64,000 bases of DNA from a virus (taxonomy: Duplodnaviria; Caudoviricetes). Shown piece after piece: positions 55,801 to 64,000 of this stretch; position 1 is the first letter of the stretch; each line of letters begins with the position of its first letter. Position numbers and translations under genes: made by a program. Under the pieces are notes generated by a model. It was not told the DNA's origin, did not search any database, and worked only from the letters and a program-made list of their open reading frames with translations. Location of the stretch: positions 1 through 64,000 of the IMG/VR virus record IMGVR_UViG_3300033075_001053; one strand, given 5' to 3'.

Positions 55801-58800
55801 GTAGATGCTGGCGAGGACTACGATAAAGTCTTCTCTGAGATTAAAGGGAAGGTAAAGAAGGATCTTGGTGACAAGTACAGTGAGTTTTTTGCCGACAAAA
55901 TTAATCGCGATGCTCTTGGTATTGATACTTATGGCAATCACCCTGATCTTGGTGGCGGGGAGCCGGAGGAGTCTACTACAGAGGGAATTGCTACAGGTCC
56001 GACCGAGAAGCCAAAATACATTTCACAAGAGAGACCAAAAGAAAATCTCACCACTCGTGACCTACTTACAAAGGCAGCCAAAGGTGTGGCCGAGAGAACT
56101 GAGCTGGTCAAGAAGTTAGTAGACGTCCGCCAGACCCCTTATAATTCCGCAGAGTATAAGGCGAAAATCCTCGAGTTGCAGAAACACGCTTCTACACTGA
56201 AGGGCGAGGCCCGTGATGCGCTCAATCAAATTCTCGATGACAGAATACAGCGCGATTACATTGGCAATCTTGCCAACGGTCTAAGCGAGGCGGACATTCT
56301 ACGTGGTGTAGAAAAGGACTGGAGAAACGAAGCTCGAAGAATCAACCGGGAAACGGGAGCCCCTCCTGGATCCTTTGAACACGTTACCGAGCGAGCTCCG
56401 ATAAAGGGCGGTGCGCTTCGGGATCTTCCGGAGAACTGGGAGAAGATGAGCGCCGAGGAGTTAAGCGGAGTGATTGGAAAGACCAAGGAAGTAGCGGAGC
56501 TCATTAAAAAGACCGCCCCGAATCTTTACTCTGATGCCTTCCTCTTTGGTCCGATGAAGGAGATCTGGAAGAAGTATCCTCAGACTCGCATGATGATCGG
56601 ATCGGCGGCGGCGCGTCTTGGTACAGAGTTCATGGACGATGACGAGACGTACTTCGGACATAAAGGACGAGAGTGGAAGCGTCTGGCTGATATGGGCGTC
56701 TTAGCAGGAGCGGCCTTTGCCGGTGGAGTTTCAGCCTACAGCAAAATCGCAAAGTGGGCCAACCCCTATTCTCCTCTTGACGTCTTGACTGACGCCATTA
56801 AACCTAATTTCTGGAAGAAGGGTGGGGACACTAAAGCTTCTTCTGCGTTGCGGATTGCTGCGTACGTCAAGAAGGAAATGGAAGGCTTTGCCGGGACTGA
56901 CGCCGAACGTGAGGCTATGGCCGCAGCTCTTACCAAGAGAGCTCGTGAGATCATGAAGTCGGATAGGGTTTCAAAGGCCGGGGATCTGACCATTACCGAG
57001 GTAGAGAATCCCGATTTTGCAAAGTTCATGACCATCAGAGACAAGGTCGTCGACCCGACGTCACAGCGACTCAACGCCGACATGAAGGATGATTGGGACG
57101 CCGTTCACGGTAAGCTTGGAGGTCAACAGGTGGCCGCGATTAAAGACGGGCTTGAGAGATTCAATGCTCTTCAAAAGGGTGGGGCCACACAAGACGAGGC
57201 CAGAGCTACTGTATTAAAGGAGCTTGGAGCCAAGTGGGGCCCTGGAGTGACTCGAGAATTTACCAAGGCATCCAAAGGTGAGAAGTGGAACGTCGCCCCG
57301 AAGCCAGAGGATATGGAGCGGGTGGCTCTCACGGTTGCAAAGGTTCGCTCTGACCTGGATAAGATCAGAACCCAAGTCTCGAAAATGTACGAAGGGATGA
57401 AGAAGGACTTCATCATTGCCATGGATGACTACAACAAAACCGGTGTAGCAAATTCCATGGTCAAGAACATTGTCGACTTCATTAATCAAACGAAGCTTCA
57501 GGCAATGAAGGATGATCCAATCCTTTCACTCTTCCCTCAATTACACAAGAACGGCCCTATTTCACGAGAGGAATGGGAGCCGGTGTTTGATGCGTGGGCT
57601 TCCGATAATCTCCGTGAGCGGACGGCAGATTATGTTTCTCGCATTCGGAAGAACTACTTCGAGGATAGGCCGGATCTTTTTGACAAGTACAACGAAGTCA
57701 GAGACGCTATCAACTTTCAGTCTGAAAAGGGAATTCGTCTGGCTCAAGGGAAGATTATCGGGATGGAGAATCCTGATCCGAATCAAGTACCTGCGGCCTT
57801 TAACGAATTCTACCATACCTATTCCAAGAACAAGGCTGAGTATGATGATCTTGTCAAACAAGCCAAGGTCATGGATAAGAACAGCGATGAGTACCTGGCT
57901 GCCAAAGCTCAAATCAAAGTCATGGCTGCCTCACTTCGCACGATGGCCGGCAAGATCAAAGCCTACAGTAATCTTGACAACATCCGTCAAATGTCTCCGG
58001 AGATTCAGTATCTAAATACTGAACTCGGACACGGACGAGGAGAATTCGTAGTACGGTGGGGGAAGACCGATGAAGATCCAGGCTCAATGAAGAGATTCGA
58101 GTCGGCCCGCGCTCGGGCGTCGTGGCTGGCTTCGCCCGAAGGAGCTCAAGCCCGTGAGTGGCTGAAGGCAACAGGCACCACGCTTGACACCCCGGTACCC
58201 AAGAAGATGTCGGAGTACTGGAGAAGATCCGATGAGGACGTTGAGAACATTGTAAAGATGAGCGAGATGATCGCCGGGGGAGATATGCCGGTCGACGTCA
58301 AGCTTCAAACAATTATCGATGCAGTGAACTCTTCTCCTCGGACTGTCCGAGAAGCTTTCAAGGAATGGATGGCCCGCGCACAAGAGGTCAAAGACAGAAC
58401 AACCTTAATCCCACGAAACAAGGACAAGGTTTTAAGCGACATCAATGGAGTAGTGGCTGATGGTATTGCTATCTGGAATGGATACGGTCCGACCAAACAC
58501 TTCATGGGAAGAACCGGTGTTAAGGGATGGATGCCAAAGACCGGACAAGAAGCCTTAATGTTCCTGGATGAAACCCACGCTATGATGCAGCATGAGATAG
58601 CCGATGGGTACGGAAAGACTGCGCTGCAGAATTACTACGTTAAGGAACTTCGCCGAGTAAGAGAGCTTGGACTTCAGCCTGAGTATCAGAAATTCCTCGA
58701 GAGAAAGTTAGACATGACCGTCTCTCCGCGAAACATGGAGTCTTCCAATGCTTTAGGCTGGAAGGTGTCTAATTCTGTTCGAAGCTTTCTTTCCTCTACT

Positions 58801-60534
58801 TTGATGGGACTGCCGAACTTTACCGCTCCGGTGAAGAACCTAATCGAAGGTGGCGGGAACGCCTCGGCAGAGCTGGCCCGGCTTCAGTCAGAAATTAACG
58901 GAAGCTCCCCGACGTTTTGGTCGGCTCCGAATATCGTTGATAAGGTAATCAAGAGTCACATCAACAATTACAGTGGTGATCTTAAGACGGTCTTTGATAC
59001 CCTTTCGGGTCAGCACTTCTGGGACGCACAGTTTACCAAGCACACTACTCAAGGCAACAGAAGTGGTGAGCGGGCAATGAAGATTCTGGATAAGTCTTTG
59101 ATCCTTCAGTCGTGGGTCGAATCGAATAACCGTATGATGAGTGCTATGGCAGCCGCGGACGTGTGGCTCAAGGCTCACAAGGGTGATGTTGAGGGAGCTT
59201 TGCAAGTAGCCCGTCGGACCACAAGAAGAAGCCAAGGATACTTTACTTCTGATGCCATGCTCACGCCGGAGTATATCCTGAATTCTAATCCAGTGACGAG
59301 CATGCTCATGCCACTGTTCGCGGCAGCGGCCAGAGCTACGATGCACTACATGTCATTCCCGGTTGAGTTCTACCGCTCTCCCTCTGCCGCGGCCTTGCGT
59401 CCGATGATGTCAGCGGTGGCCACAATGGTGGCTTTAGGAGGCGCGGCCAATGTAGCTTTGACCGGCGACGCACTGAATCTTCTCAAAGGGGCTCAGCTAC
59501 TATCGGCGTGGGTTTCCGGGGAGGACCCCCAAGCGATCTTAAACGAATCTCCACAAGAAGACTGGAAGCGGACTGCCCAAGGGTGGGCTAAGTCACTCGG
59601 AGTCGGAGAGGAATTAGGGGGGCTAATCTACGACAACACCATGGATGGCCTGGTGTCAACGGCAACAGGAAAGAATCTGCAGCTCGGTAAGACCTTGACA
59701 GGAATGGTTCCTTCTGTTCTGGTGAACAGAATTTCCGACTACGCTCGGGGAGTGAAGGGAGACGCTACGACAGAAGAGAAAGTAATGCGGTGGGCTAATA
59801 TTCTGGGAGGTCCGGGTTGGCAGCGCTTCGCCCGTGTTACGATGGAACTTGATAAGGGTAGCTACGTTGATTCGAAAGGTGGGACACTTGACCGCCCGTA
59901 TTCTTCGGGTGACGCAATCATGGAGCTCTTACTTGGTCGGGACTTAAAAGATTTCAAAGCTTCGGAGAGAGACTACCAAAAAGGTGGGTATATGTACGGG
60001 CAGATGGACGTCAAGAAGTTCGTCAGCCGACTCGAAGGAATTCCTGGAATTAAACTCAACCCTCGCTTCAATGCGTACATGATAGGTGACGTAAAGGCCG
60101 CCAATGATTTTCGTTACTCAATGCTGCGCTCGGCTCCAGGGTATGCTGATCAAGCTGAGCACGACAAACAAAGAGTAGAAGAGTGGCTTGCTTCACCAAA
60201 TGGGCAGAAGTTTGTGGCCCTGCGGTCTAAGTCAATGGGTCCTGACGGACAACCATTGACTCAGTACGGCAAGGCTGGTGGTGGAGAGGAGAAGGTGAAG
60301 AAGGAGGCTCTTAGCTTAATCGACAAATACTACGCTGCGGTGACATTCCTTGATGCCAGCGATAACTTACGACGGGCGGGTTACAATGACATCCCTGGTG
60401 TTTTTCACGGCGCTTCTACTGCCGCTGAGGCGAAGCAGTTTGACCGGCAAATGATTCTTGGGAAGTGGATCGTGTCTCAACTTCGTTCTGAACAGAGCGA
60501 TGTGAAACATGGGCTGGATTACCTACCTCGGTAG
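52816..60534 (+). CDS. giant internal virion / ejection protein with zincin-like metallopeptidase motif
   Basis: 2572 aa; G/A-rich hydrophobic N-terminal region; P/E-rich linker; TLVHEAIHA...PEELVAW. Confidence 0.75.
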   Translation: MIGDYLTAAFLEQVKPGLSGWDVPKQTDGFGGFNVNSILGNQQDEQRILGTQKKTDTLGNIGYGLLDVPRKVAEVAADIQKIPYFGPIASVLLASTGAAGLTQSERASSLIRRAQDEGGADRNSIAFKVGEMAGNATLFALTAGVGGAIAGSALAGSAAAETIGTAALGTRLGGYLFEGLGGAELTAHALASAGAGMATTSLGNYEAVKSGQMGLGEFAAQAALSAPFAMVGNVGVKAFNAGVGLGNRLAFMGKNALAGSIAGAGQAASATALSDVIHDQSFSNVPGAALEGAVFGAAGGGLLSAFGRRNPLPDKIPDADITQEPPTGIAPTEAPTQPKAPQTVEKTLTHGEVADKFNKTYDILGQIDKMESAPEGNGRSDKFVKGVEDEYGVKRAQDEPINDWMQRVADKSAAEGETPELFGSRVMEIAKGVAPAKEAPIPTEEPIKGEPVQKPIEEPVPVEEPIKGEPVKPEEPIVPPEQIKPVEEPVKAEPRDIADVLTDITKDVDDLMYGGGREEVNKLPSDPDFMKKMDEARSILDAMPDGVRKEHYRKTLADIEEYISRPPKPVQEPKSYDPEEQIRKELNNPEKLNLPEHEFTGTKDNAGNHHYDDVYDLAKDLGLTETGYAPLFEWLKGKEVRGTVLGKAKGSVRGQYIMGWTGRYVKDQLPRGSNGYFEPEPSRSISVDRATPASTLVHEAIHAIIDLSGAKQKSEFRHELTRVRSEVTEAITNSLKKLKNLPEHPIMGLEEAARIRAELHMDPELAAHIRDQLHANPEELVAWVFSNKEFAQYLDTIPSDVLNPQGMTETLWGRIKRVVLSFIGKETGLSGTKLDEIMLIMDKYAGIDKGAEGEPWKFATVSDMLKDYGVTDAGTQYAAKYRKKGPDETAVEEWNRKVRAGQADDEANAGGTTVPPRPEDSPAAAKTIDEIAKQYGLTRKDVRDFLDSEGIPYPKRKLAELDPETIAKIADRFAGKEKTITDDDILPYYEDFQSRVDAGEDYDKVFSEIKGKVKKDLGDKYSEFFADKINRDALGIDTYGNHPDLGGGEPEESTTEGIATGPTEKPKYISQERPKENLTTRDLLTKAAKGVAERTELVKKLVDVRQTPYNSAEYKAKILELQKHASTLKGEARDALNQILDDRIQRDYIGNLANGLSEADILRGVEKDWRNEARRINRETGAPPGSFEHVTERAPIKGGALRDLPENWEKMSAEELSGVIGKTKEVAELIKKTAPNLYSDAFLFGPMKEIWKKYPQTRMMIGSAAARLGTEFMDDDETYFGHKGREWKRLADMGVLAGAAFAGGVSAYSKIAKWANPYSPLDVLTDAIKPNFWKKGGDTKASSALRIAAYVKKEMEGFAGTDAEREAMAAALTKRAREIMKSDRVSKAGDLTITEVENPDFAKFMTIRDKVVDPTSQRLNADMKDDWDAVHGKLGGQQVAAIKDGLERFNALQKGGATQDEARATVLKELGAKWGPGVTREFTKASKGEKWNVAPKPEDMERVALTVAKVRSDLDKIRTQVSKMYEGMKKDFIIAMDDYNKTGVANSMVKNIVDFINQTKLQAMKDDPILSLFPQLHKNGPISREEWEPVFDAWASDNLRERTADYVSRIRKNYFEDRPDLFDKYNEVRDAINFQSEKGIRLAQGKIIGMENPDPNQVPAAFNEFYHTYSKNKAEYDDLVKQAKVMDKNSDEYLAAKAQIKVMAASLRTMAGKIKAYSNLDNIRQMSPEIQYLNTELGHGRGEFVVRWGKTDEDPGSMKRFESARARASWLASPEGAQAREWLKATGTTLDTPVPKKMSEYWRRSDEDVENIVKMSEMIAGGDMPVDVKLQTIIDAVNSSPRTVREAFKEWMARAQEVKDRTTLIPRNKDKVLSDINGVVADGIAIWNGYGPTKHFMGRTGVKGWMPKTGQEALMFLDETHAMMQHEIADGYGKTALQNYYVKELRRVRELGLQPEYQKFLERKLDMTVSPRNMESSNALGWKVSNSVRSFLSSTLMGLPNFTAPVKNLIEGGGNASAELARLQSEINGSSPTFWSAPNIVDKVIKSHINNYSGDLKTVFDTLSGQHFWDAQFTKHTTQGNRSGERAMKILDKSLILQSWVESNNRMMSAMAAADVWLKAHKGDVEGALQVARRTTRRSQGYFTSDAMLTPEYILNSNPVTSMLMPLFAAAARATMHYMSFPVEFYRSPSAAALRPMMSAVATMVALGGAANVALTGDALNLLKGAQLLSAWVSGEDPQAILNESPQEDWKRTAQGWAKSLGVGEELGGLIYDNTMDGLVSTATGKNLQLGKTLTGMVPSVLVNRISDYARGVKGDATTEEKVMRWANILGGPGWQRFARVTMELDKGSYVDSKGGTLDRPYSSGDAIMELLLGRDLKDFKASERDYQKGGYMYGQMDVKKFVSRLEGIPGIKLNPRFNAYMIGDVKAANDFRYSMLRSAPGYADQAEHDKQRVEEWLASPNGQKFVALRSKSMGPDGQPLTQYGKAGGGEEKVKKEALSLIDKYYAAVTFLDASDNLRRAGYNDIPGVFHGASTAAEAKQFDRQMILGKWIVSQLRSEQSDVKHGLDYLPR

Positions 60535-61426
60535 ACCACGCGTCTGAAATGATTTTCTCTGTGTGATTGATAAGTTGTACGTACTTCTGACTCACGGCCA
60601 GTGAGGAGTGATCCAGAAGTGTGGCCACCGCTACAATAGACCCGGTGCGTTGAGCTACCCGTGTGGCGGCGGTGTGCCGGAACATGTGGGGGTGAACGCC
60701 ATAACGGTCATACAAAGAGTTAATCGCAAAGCGGGAGATCTTTACGTTGGGCTCACTATAGAAGAGTAGTTCTCCCACTCTATAGGGATAGTGGATGTAG
60801 GAGATGTAGCAATCATAAAACAATACTCCATGCGGAAGACAAACTGATTTCGGAATAAATTTTTGTACACGAACTTTCTGATTTTTTTGTCGGGTGAATT
60901 CAACCACAACAGCAGTCGGAGTTTCATATATGTCCTCCTCCTTGAGTGATAGAATTTGATCGAGTCGTCCTCCGGTGAGAAGCATAATAGCAGCAAGTAA
61001 GACATCTCGACGACGGATAAACTCTGCGTGTACCGGACCCCCTGATACGCGTCGAGTGCTAAGGCTGGTAAATATTCTCCCCAGAAGATCATCGTCGATG
61101 GATTTCTGAGAAAAATTCTGGACAGGCCGTCGATACTTCTTGACGATAGCCTCGGCCCGGCTGGTAGTAACCCCCATGAATTTAAAAATTCCCAAGCAAG
61201 AGTCCAGGACGGATCTCGTAGTTGAAATTTTTCGATGATTTCCCCTGGTCCATTGCACAATAATTTTGTCGAGGCCTTCAATCTCATCGTCATCTTTGAG
61301 TGGCTCCAGTAGTTCTTTGATAATAATGGTTGTGTATTCTATGTGCGCTTGGCTGTAGGGCTGCCCGTACTTATTAGGCTGAGACCAATACAGAGGGAGC
61401 TCGTTTAATAGTTCTCTTTTGGTCAT
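60416..61426 (-). CDS. tyrosine recombinase (integrase / Xer-like)
   Basis: Catalytic residues TGGR, HPHMFRH, LLDHSS...KY. Confidence 0.92.
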   Translation of the reverse strand: MTKRELLNELPLYWSQPNKYGQPYSQAHIEYTTIIIKELLEPLKDDDEIEGLDKIIVQWTRGNHRKISTTRSVLDSCLGIFKFMGVTTSRAEAIVKKYRRPVQNFSQKSIDDDLLGRIFTSLSTRRVSGGPVHAEFIRRRDVLLAAIMLLTGGRLDQILSLKEEDIYETPTAVVVEFTRQKNQKVRVQKFIPKSVCLPHGVLFYDCYISYIHYPYRVGELLFYSEPNVKISRFAINSLYDRYGVHPHMFRHTAATRVAQRTGSIVAVATLLDHSSLAVSQKYVQLINHTEKIISDAWSTEVGNPAHVSHRSVQNEVETRSTSQESFAGQTASPQRQ

Positions 61427-61605
61427 TGGTTTTCCCTGAATTCATTATGAGATAACGTCGTTTCAAAATATCCGCCGATGAACACGCCAGCTCTGTCTTC
61501 ACTCCACAGAGCGAAGCGCCTATCTCTCTGCCCATTTGCTGCAGGGTTGATATCCAGCAGAAGCCAGCAGGCAAATTGTGTTACTCTAAGGCGTTTCAGT
61601 CTCAT
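61423..61605 (-). CDS. hypothetical protein
   Basis: 60 aa; ATGA coupling to the recombinase. Confidence 0.55.
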   Translation of the reverse strand: MRLKRLRVTQFACWLLLDINPAANGQRDRRFALWSEDRAGVFIGGYFETTLSHNEFRENQ

Positions 61606-61753
61606 GTAACGTCTTCCCTATTAGGTTTCTTATGGAGCGTGCTACGAATCTTCGGTCACAACTTAACGCCATAGTATTTGGTACAGACTCAAGAGACATC
61701 AGTTTAACTACCAAATGAACCCAATCATTTCTTTCTAATTCATTCAGTCTCAT
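61586..61753 (-). CDS. hypothetical protein, 55 aa (MRLNELERNDWVHLVVKL...)
   Basis: Manual translation; fills the gap between coupled genes. Confidence 0.55.
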   Translation of the reverse strand: MRLNELERNDWVHLVVKLMSLESVPNTMALSCDRRFVARSIRNLIGKTLHETETP

Positions 61754-61934
61754 GTATGTTCCTAAAAATCTGCCCTCGTTCTGCGCTAAAGGATCCGAAT
61801 TCTTTAAGCTGCATCATCTTGATAGCGTACAGAAAATTAAACTTTTCGACTTGGAAATATGGCTCTGTTGGAGCGTCAAAAAATGCTTCAAGTTTTATCT
61901 TCTTGGGCGATGGTTCTAAATTAGTAAGCTTCAT
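61740..61934 (-). CDS. hypothetical protein
   Basis: 64-aa ORF with GAGGAAG upstream. Confidence 0.55.
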   Translation of the reverse strand: MKLTNLEPSPKKIKLEAFFDAPTEPYFQVEKFNFLYAIKMMQLKEFGSFSAERGQIFRNIHETE

Positions 61935-62122
61935 ACTTCCTCATGCAGAACGTGATAGCACAGTTCCAGCAGTAGATTGAGGTGGCCTTTCGATTCAATA
62001 CCGAAGAGTTCTGCAGGGTGCGTACCTTTCGCGAAGATAATAACGCGGTCGCCGTATAAGAATGGCCCCGATGTCAGGGGACGAGCTCTTTGTATGAACA
62101 TATCACGTTCTTTCAGTTTCAT
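61931..62122 (-). CDS. hypothetical protein, 63 aa (MKLKERDMF...)
   Basis: ATG at 62122 with GGAGG upstream; ATGA overlaps. Confidence 0.55.
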   Translation of the reverse strand: MKLKERDMFIQRARPLTSGPFLYGDRVIIFAKGTHPAELFGIESKGHLNLLLELCYHVLHEEV

Positions 62123-62283
62123 TGTCCCTCCTGTTCGATGTGCGCCGCAATCTCCTCGCCTACTACGAACATATCCCATATCATTGCATCGTAAACATAA
62201 GGCATCGGAATAGATTGAATGATGACCCCCGCACCTTGAATCACGGGTTGGTACTCGTTGTTTAGTATGGGGTTTAGACACAT
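62119..62283 (-). CDS. hypothetical protein, 54 aa (MCLNPILNNEY...)
   Basis: Manual translation; stop overlaps the next start. Confidence 0.45.
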   Translation of the reverse strand: MCLNPILNNEYQPVIQGAGVIIQSIPMPYVYDAMIWDMFVVGEEIAAHIEQEGQ

Positions 62284-62456
62284 GGATCCACAATCCTAAT
62301 CCGTGCAGCGTTCAGGCAGGGCATTACGATGGGATTCTCTGGTGGCCATGTCAACCCAACACAATAAACCGGATGGCTATTGAAAGGGGCGCTTTCCTTT
62401 ATGTGCTTTGTTAACTGCAATCTCATAGATTACCACCCATATAAAAATTGGATAGA

Positions 62457-62497
62457 GAAAAAAAAGGGCAAGAAGCATTTTGAGATACTTCTTGCCC
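62457..62497 (-). terminator. rho-independent terminator
   Basis: Perfect 10-bp stem GGGCAAGAAG/CTTCTTGCCC followed by a long U-run on the - strand. Confidence 0.8.
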
Positions 62498-62515
62498 GTT
62501 CGTGTGCGAAGGATA

Positions 62516-62842
62516 TTAATCTCCCGCTTTGCGAATTGCTTTGGCATACGGGTCGTACTCTTGTTGAATGATGACCCGGTAGTATCCTTCTTCTACCACA
62601 ATCTCATCGTGCTCGGCCTTTGTGTCGGTGCCAGTATTAACGTGACGAAGTGACGACCCTTTCGGGGCTTTCACGTAGAGAACCCCATCCTTATCCTCGA
62701 AGAGCTCTGCGTTGTCACTCATGACATGAGCGTGGTTCTGCGACTCTCCGACGGCCACGACGTTTGTGTCGAGCTTTTTAACTGCCAGTGGAAGCTCATC
62801 CACTCTTTCAAAGGCGACGTCGCCTTGACGGTACTGTACCAT
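62516..62842 (-). CDS. conserved small partner of DUF6745 proteins
   Basis: YRQGDV...GE..NHAH...H...EH..I...G.Y.V..Q.EYDP pattern. Confidence 0.75.
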   Translation of the reverse strand: MVQYRQGDVAFERVDELPLAVKKLDTNVVAVGESQNHAHVMSDNAELFEDKDGVLYVKAPKGSSLRHVNTGTDTKAEHDEIVVEEGYYRVIIQQEYDPYAKAIRKAGD

Positions 62843-63775
62843 TTAGGTCTCCTGTGTTGGTTGAAACTCAGCGGTTTGTTTTCCGAACGTCCATGCTTTA
62901 GCCTCCCATACATTCTTTCCGGGAGGAACGATCAGTAAGTATTCTCTCATTGAAGAGGGACACTTACAACTGTAAAAATAAATATGTTCTCCGGCCAAGG
63001 TGTCAACATCTTTTGTACGAAGAAGTTGCATAAGATTCCCTTGGTTGTCGGTGTCCTCGTCCACCGTTTCTGTGTCGAGGATCTTGAGTAATCGAGCAGC
63101 CCCGAGACGTTCCCTATAGGCTCGGCGAACTTCAACGTTTGTAAGGCCGACAAATTCCTCTCGGGTAATTGAATCAGGGGTCATGATCAGTTTCTTCGGG
63201 ACCTTAACCCCTCTCCAGTAATATCCTCCGGTGTTATCGTGAAAGGTAAGAGCCGGGCCGCTGTCCGAGTGAAGCCGGCGAACTCCGTTTAATTCGATCC
63301 AGTCTATGTGTTTGGGCATATCACAAACAATACAGAGGAAGTCGAACTGGAGTGTAGCAAAGATACCTTTCTGAATGAAGTCTTTGTACCGGTCGAACTT
63401 CTCGTTGTTGAGTTTCCCTATTTGTGTCTGGTGATCGTAGTAAGACACCCACCCGTAGTCGGCCACATCGATATACCACGCCCATACATGAGGTTCATAC
63501 TCGGCTTCCTGGGCCATGAGCACAAGAGCTTTTCTGTAGTACTCCTCTGGGTCGTGAGTAGCGATCTCCTGTTCTGAATCACAAATAGATTCCACAGCCA
63601 TAGCAATGTACTGACAATGCCGTGGGCTTATTCCGAAGAGAACAAGCGGCTTCGGAAGCTTGGAAAGCTCATACACCCATTCAACCCCCTGGCGGACCGC
63701 GTCCTTGTCTGTCCTGGTTTTACAGTCATAGACAAGATTGACGTACTTCTCGCGTACTTCATCGAGTGTTATCAT
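62843..63775 (-). CDS. DUF6745-domain protein
   Basis: RLHSDSGPALTF.D....YYWRGV.VP...N.EVRR...ERLG...CPSS.R.Y.L.VPP. Confidence 0.75.
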   Translation of the reverse strand: MITLDEVREKYVNLVYDCKTRTDKDAVRQGVEWVYELSKLPKPLVLFGISPRHCQYIAMAVESICDSEQEIATHDPEEYYRKALVLMAQEAEYEPHVWAWYIDVADYGWVSYYDHQTQIGKLNNEKFDRYKDFIQKGIFATLQFDFLCIVCDMPKHIDWIELNGVRRLHSDSGPALTFHDNTGGYYWRGVKVPKKLIMTPDSITREEFVGLTNVEVRRAYRERLGAARLLKILDTETVDEDTDNQGNLMQLLRTKDVDTLAGEHIYFYSCKCPSSMREYLLIVPPGKNVWEAKAWTFGKQTAEFQPTQET

Positions 63776-63993
63776 TTGAATAGTAGAATAATCATAGTAA
63801 CAAAAAGGCCAGCCACGACAATGATTGGCACCAACTTAAAATCAGTGCTGAGCAGCTTTTCGAATCCATCTATAAGAGCAGCCCTTTCCCGTCGGCGGTA
63901 CTCCTGCATGGCAATGTGCCTATCCCGCCACTTTTCGTGCAGCTCTTGAGTAGCGTCCTGGTACCCGTCAAACGTGAGCTTTTCCATCGGCAA
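63772..63993 (-). CDS. hypothetical protein with C-terminal TM
   Basis: 73-aa ORF. Confidence 0.55.
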   Translation of the reverse strand: MPMEKLTFDGYQDATQELHEKWRDRHIAMQEYRRRERAALIDGFEKLLSTDFKLVPIIVVAGLFVTMIILLFK

Positions 63994-64000
63994 ATATACA

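Noticed and set aside
52816-60534. crAss-type virion RNA polymerase
   Set aside because: No DxDGD/DFDID catalytic motif seen in the translation
62284-62456. tRNA or other known ncRNA in the intergenic gap
   Set aside because: No cloverleaf, T-loop or CCA pattern recognised; likely promoter/leader sequence
1-64000. Stop-codon reassignment
   Set aside because: Genes up to 7.7 kb are open in the standard code and TAA, TGA and TAG all terminate coupled genes

Overview
The window looks like nearly the whole genome of one tailed dsDNA phage with podovirus-like (P22/crAss-style) morphogenesis genes. The host is probably Gram-negative and possibly FCB group (inferred from spanin-like genes, an outer-membrane beta-barrel and TAnnTTTG motifs). 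Layout: a repeat-rich non-coding control region (231-1240); a + strand early/middle operon (1776-14268) with micro-ORFs, a PD-(D/E)XK nuclease, SSB, a DUF2829/Tad2-like protein, GroES, NinB/NinG-like proteins, a DnaA domain IV-like protein and two glycosyltransferases; a - strand virion cassette (14338-23627) with two repeat-built fibres, one of 2000 aa, and pilot-like proteins; a + strand late operon (23714-60534) with terminase, portal, scaffold, MCP, lysis cassette, several receptor-binding proteins, five ring/adaptor-like genes, a 1857-aa tail stabilisation protein, a methyltransferase and ejection proteins up to 2572 aa; and a - strand block (60416-63993) with a tyrosine recombinase and a DUF6745 gene pair. 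I saw no tRNA, rRNA, CRISPR array, reverse transcriptase, DNA polymerase, helicase or clear CI repressor. The most striking observation is an unannotated 23-codon ORF (41613-41684) among the neck genes. It matches the major capsid protein N-terminus at 17/19 residues, with 12 of those 17 codons synonymously different. All family assignments come from visual motif recognition, not database searches.
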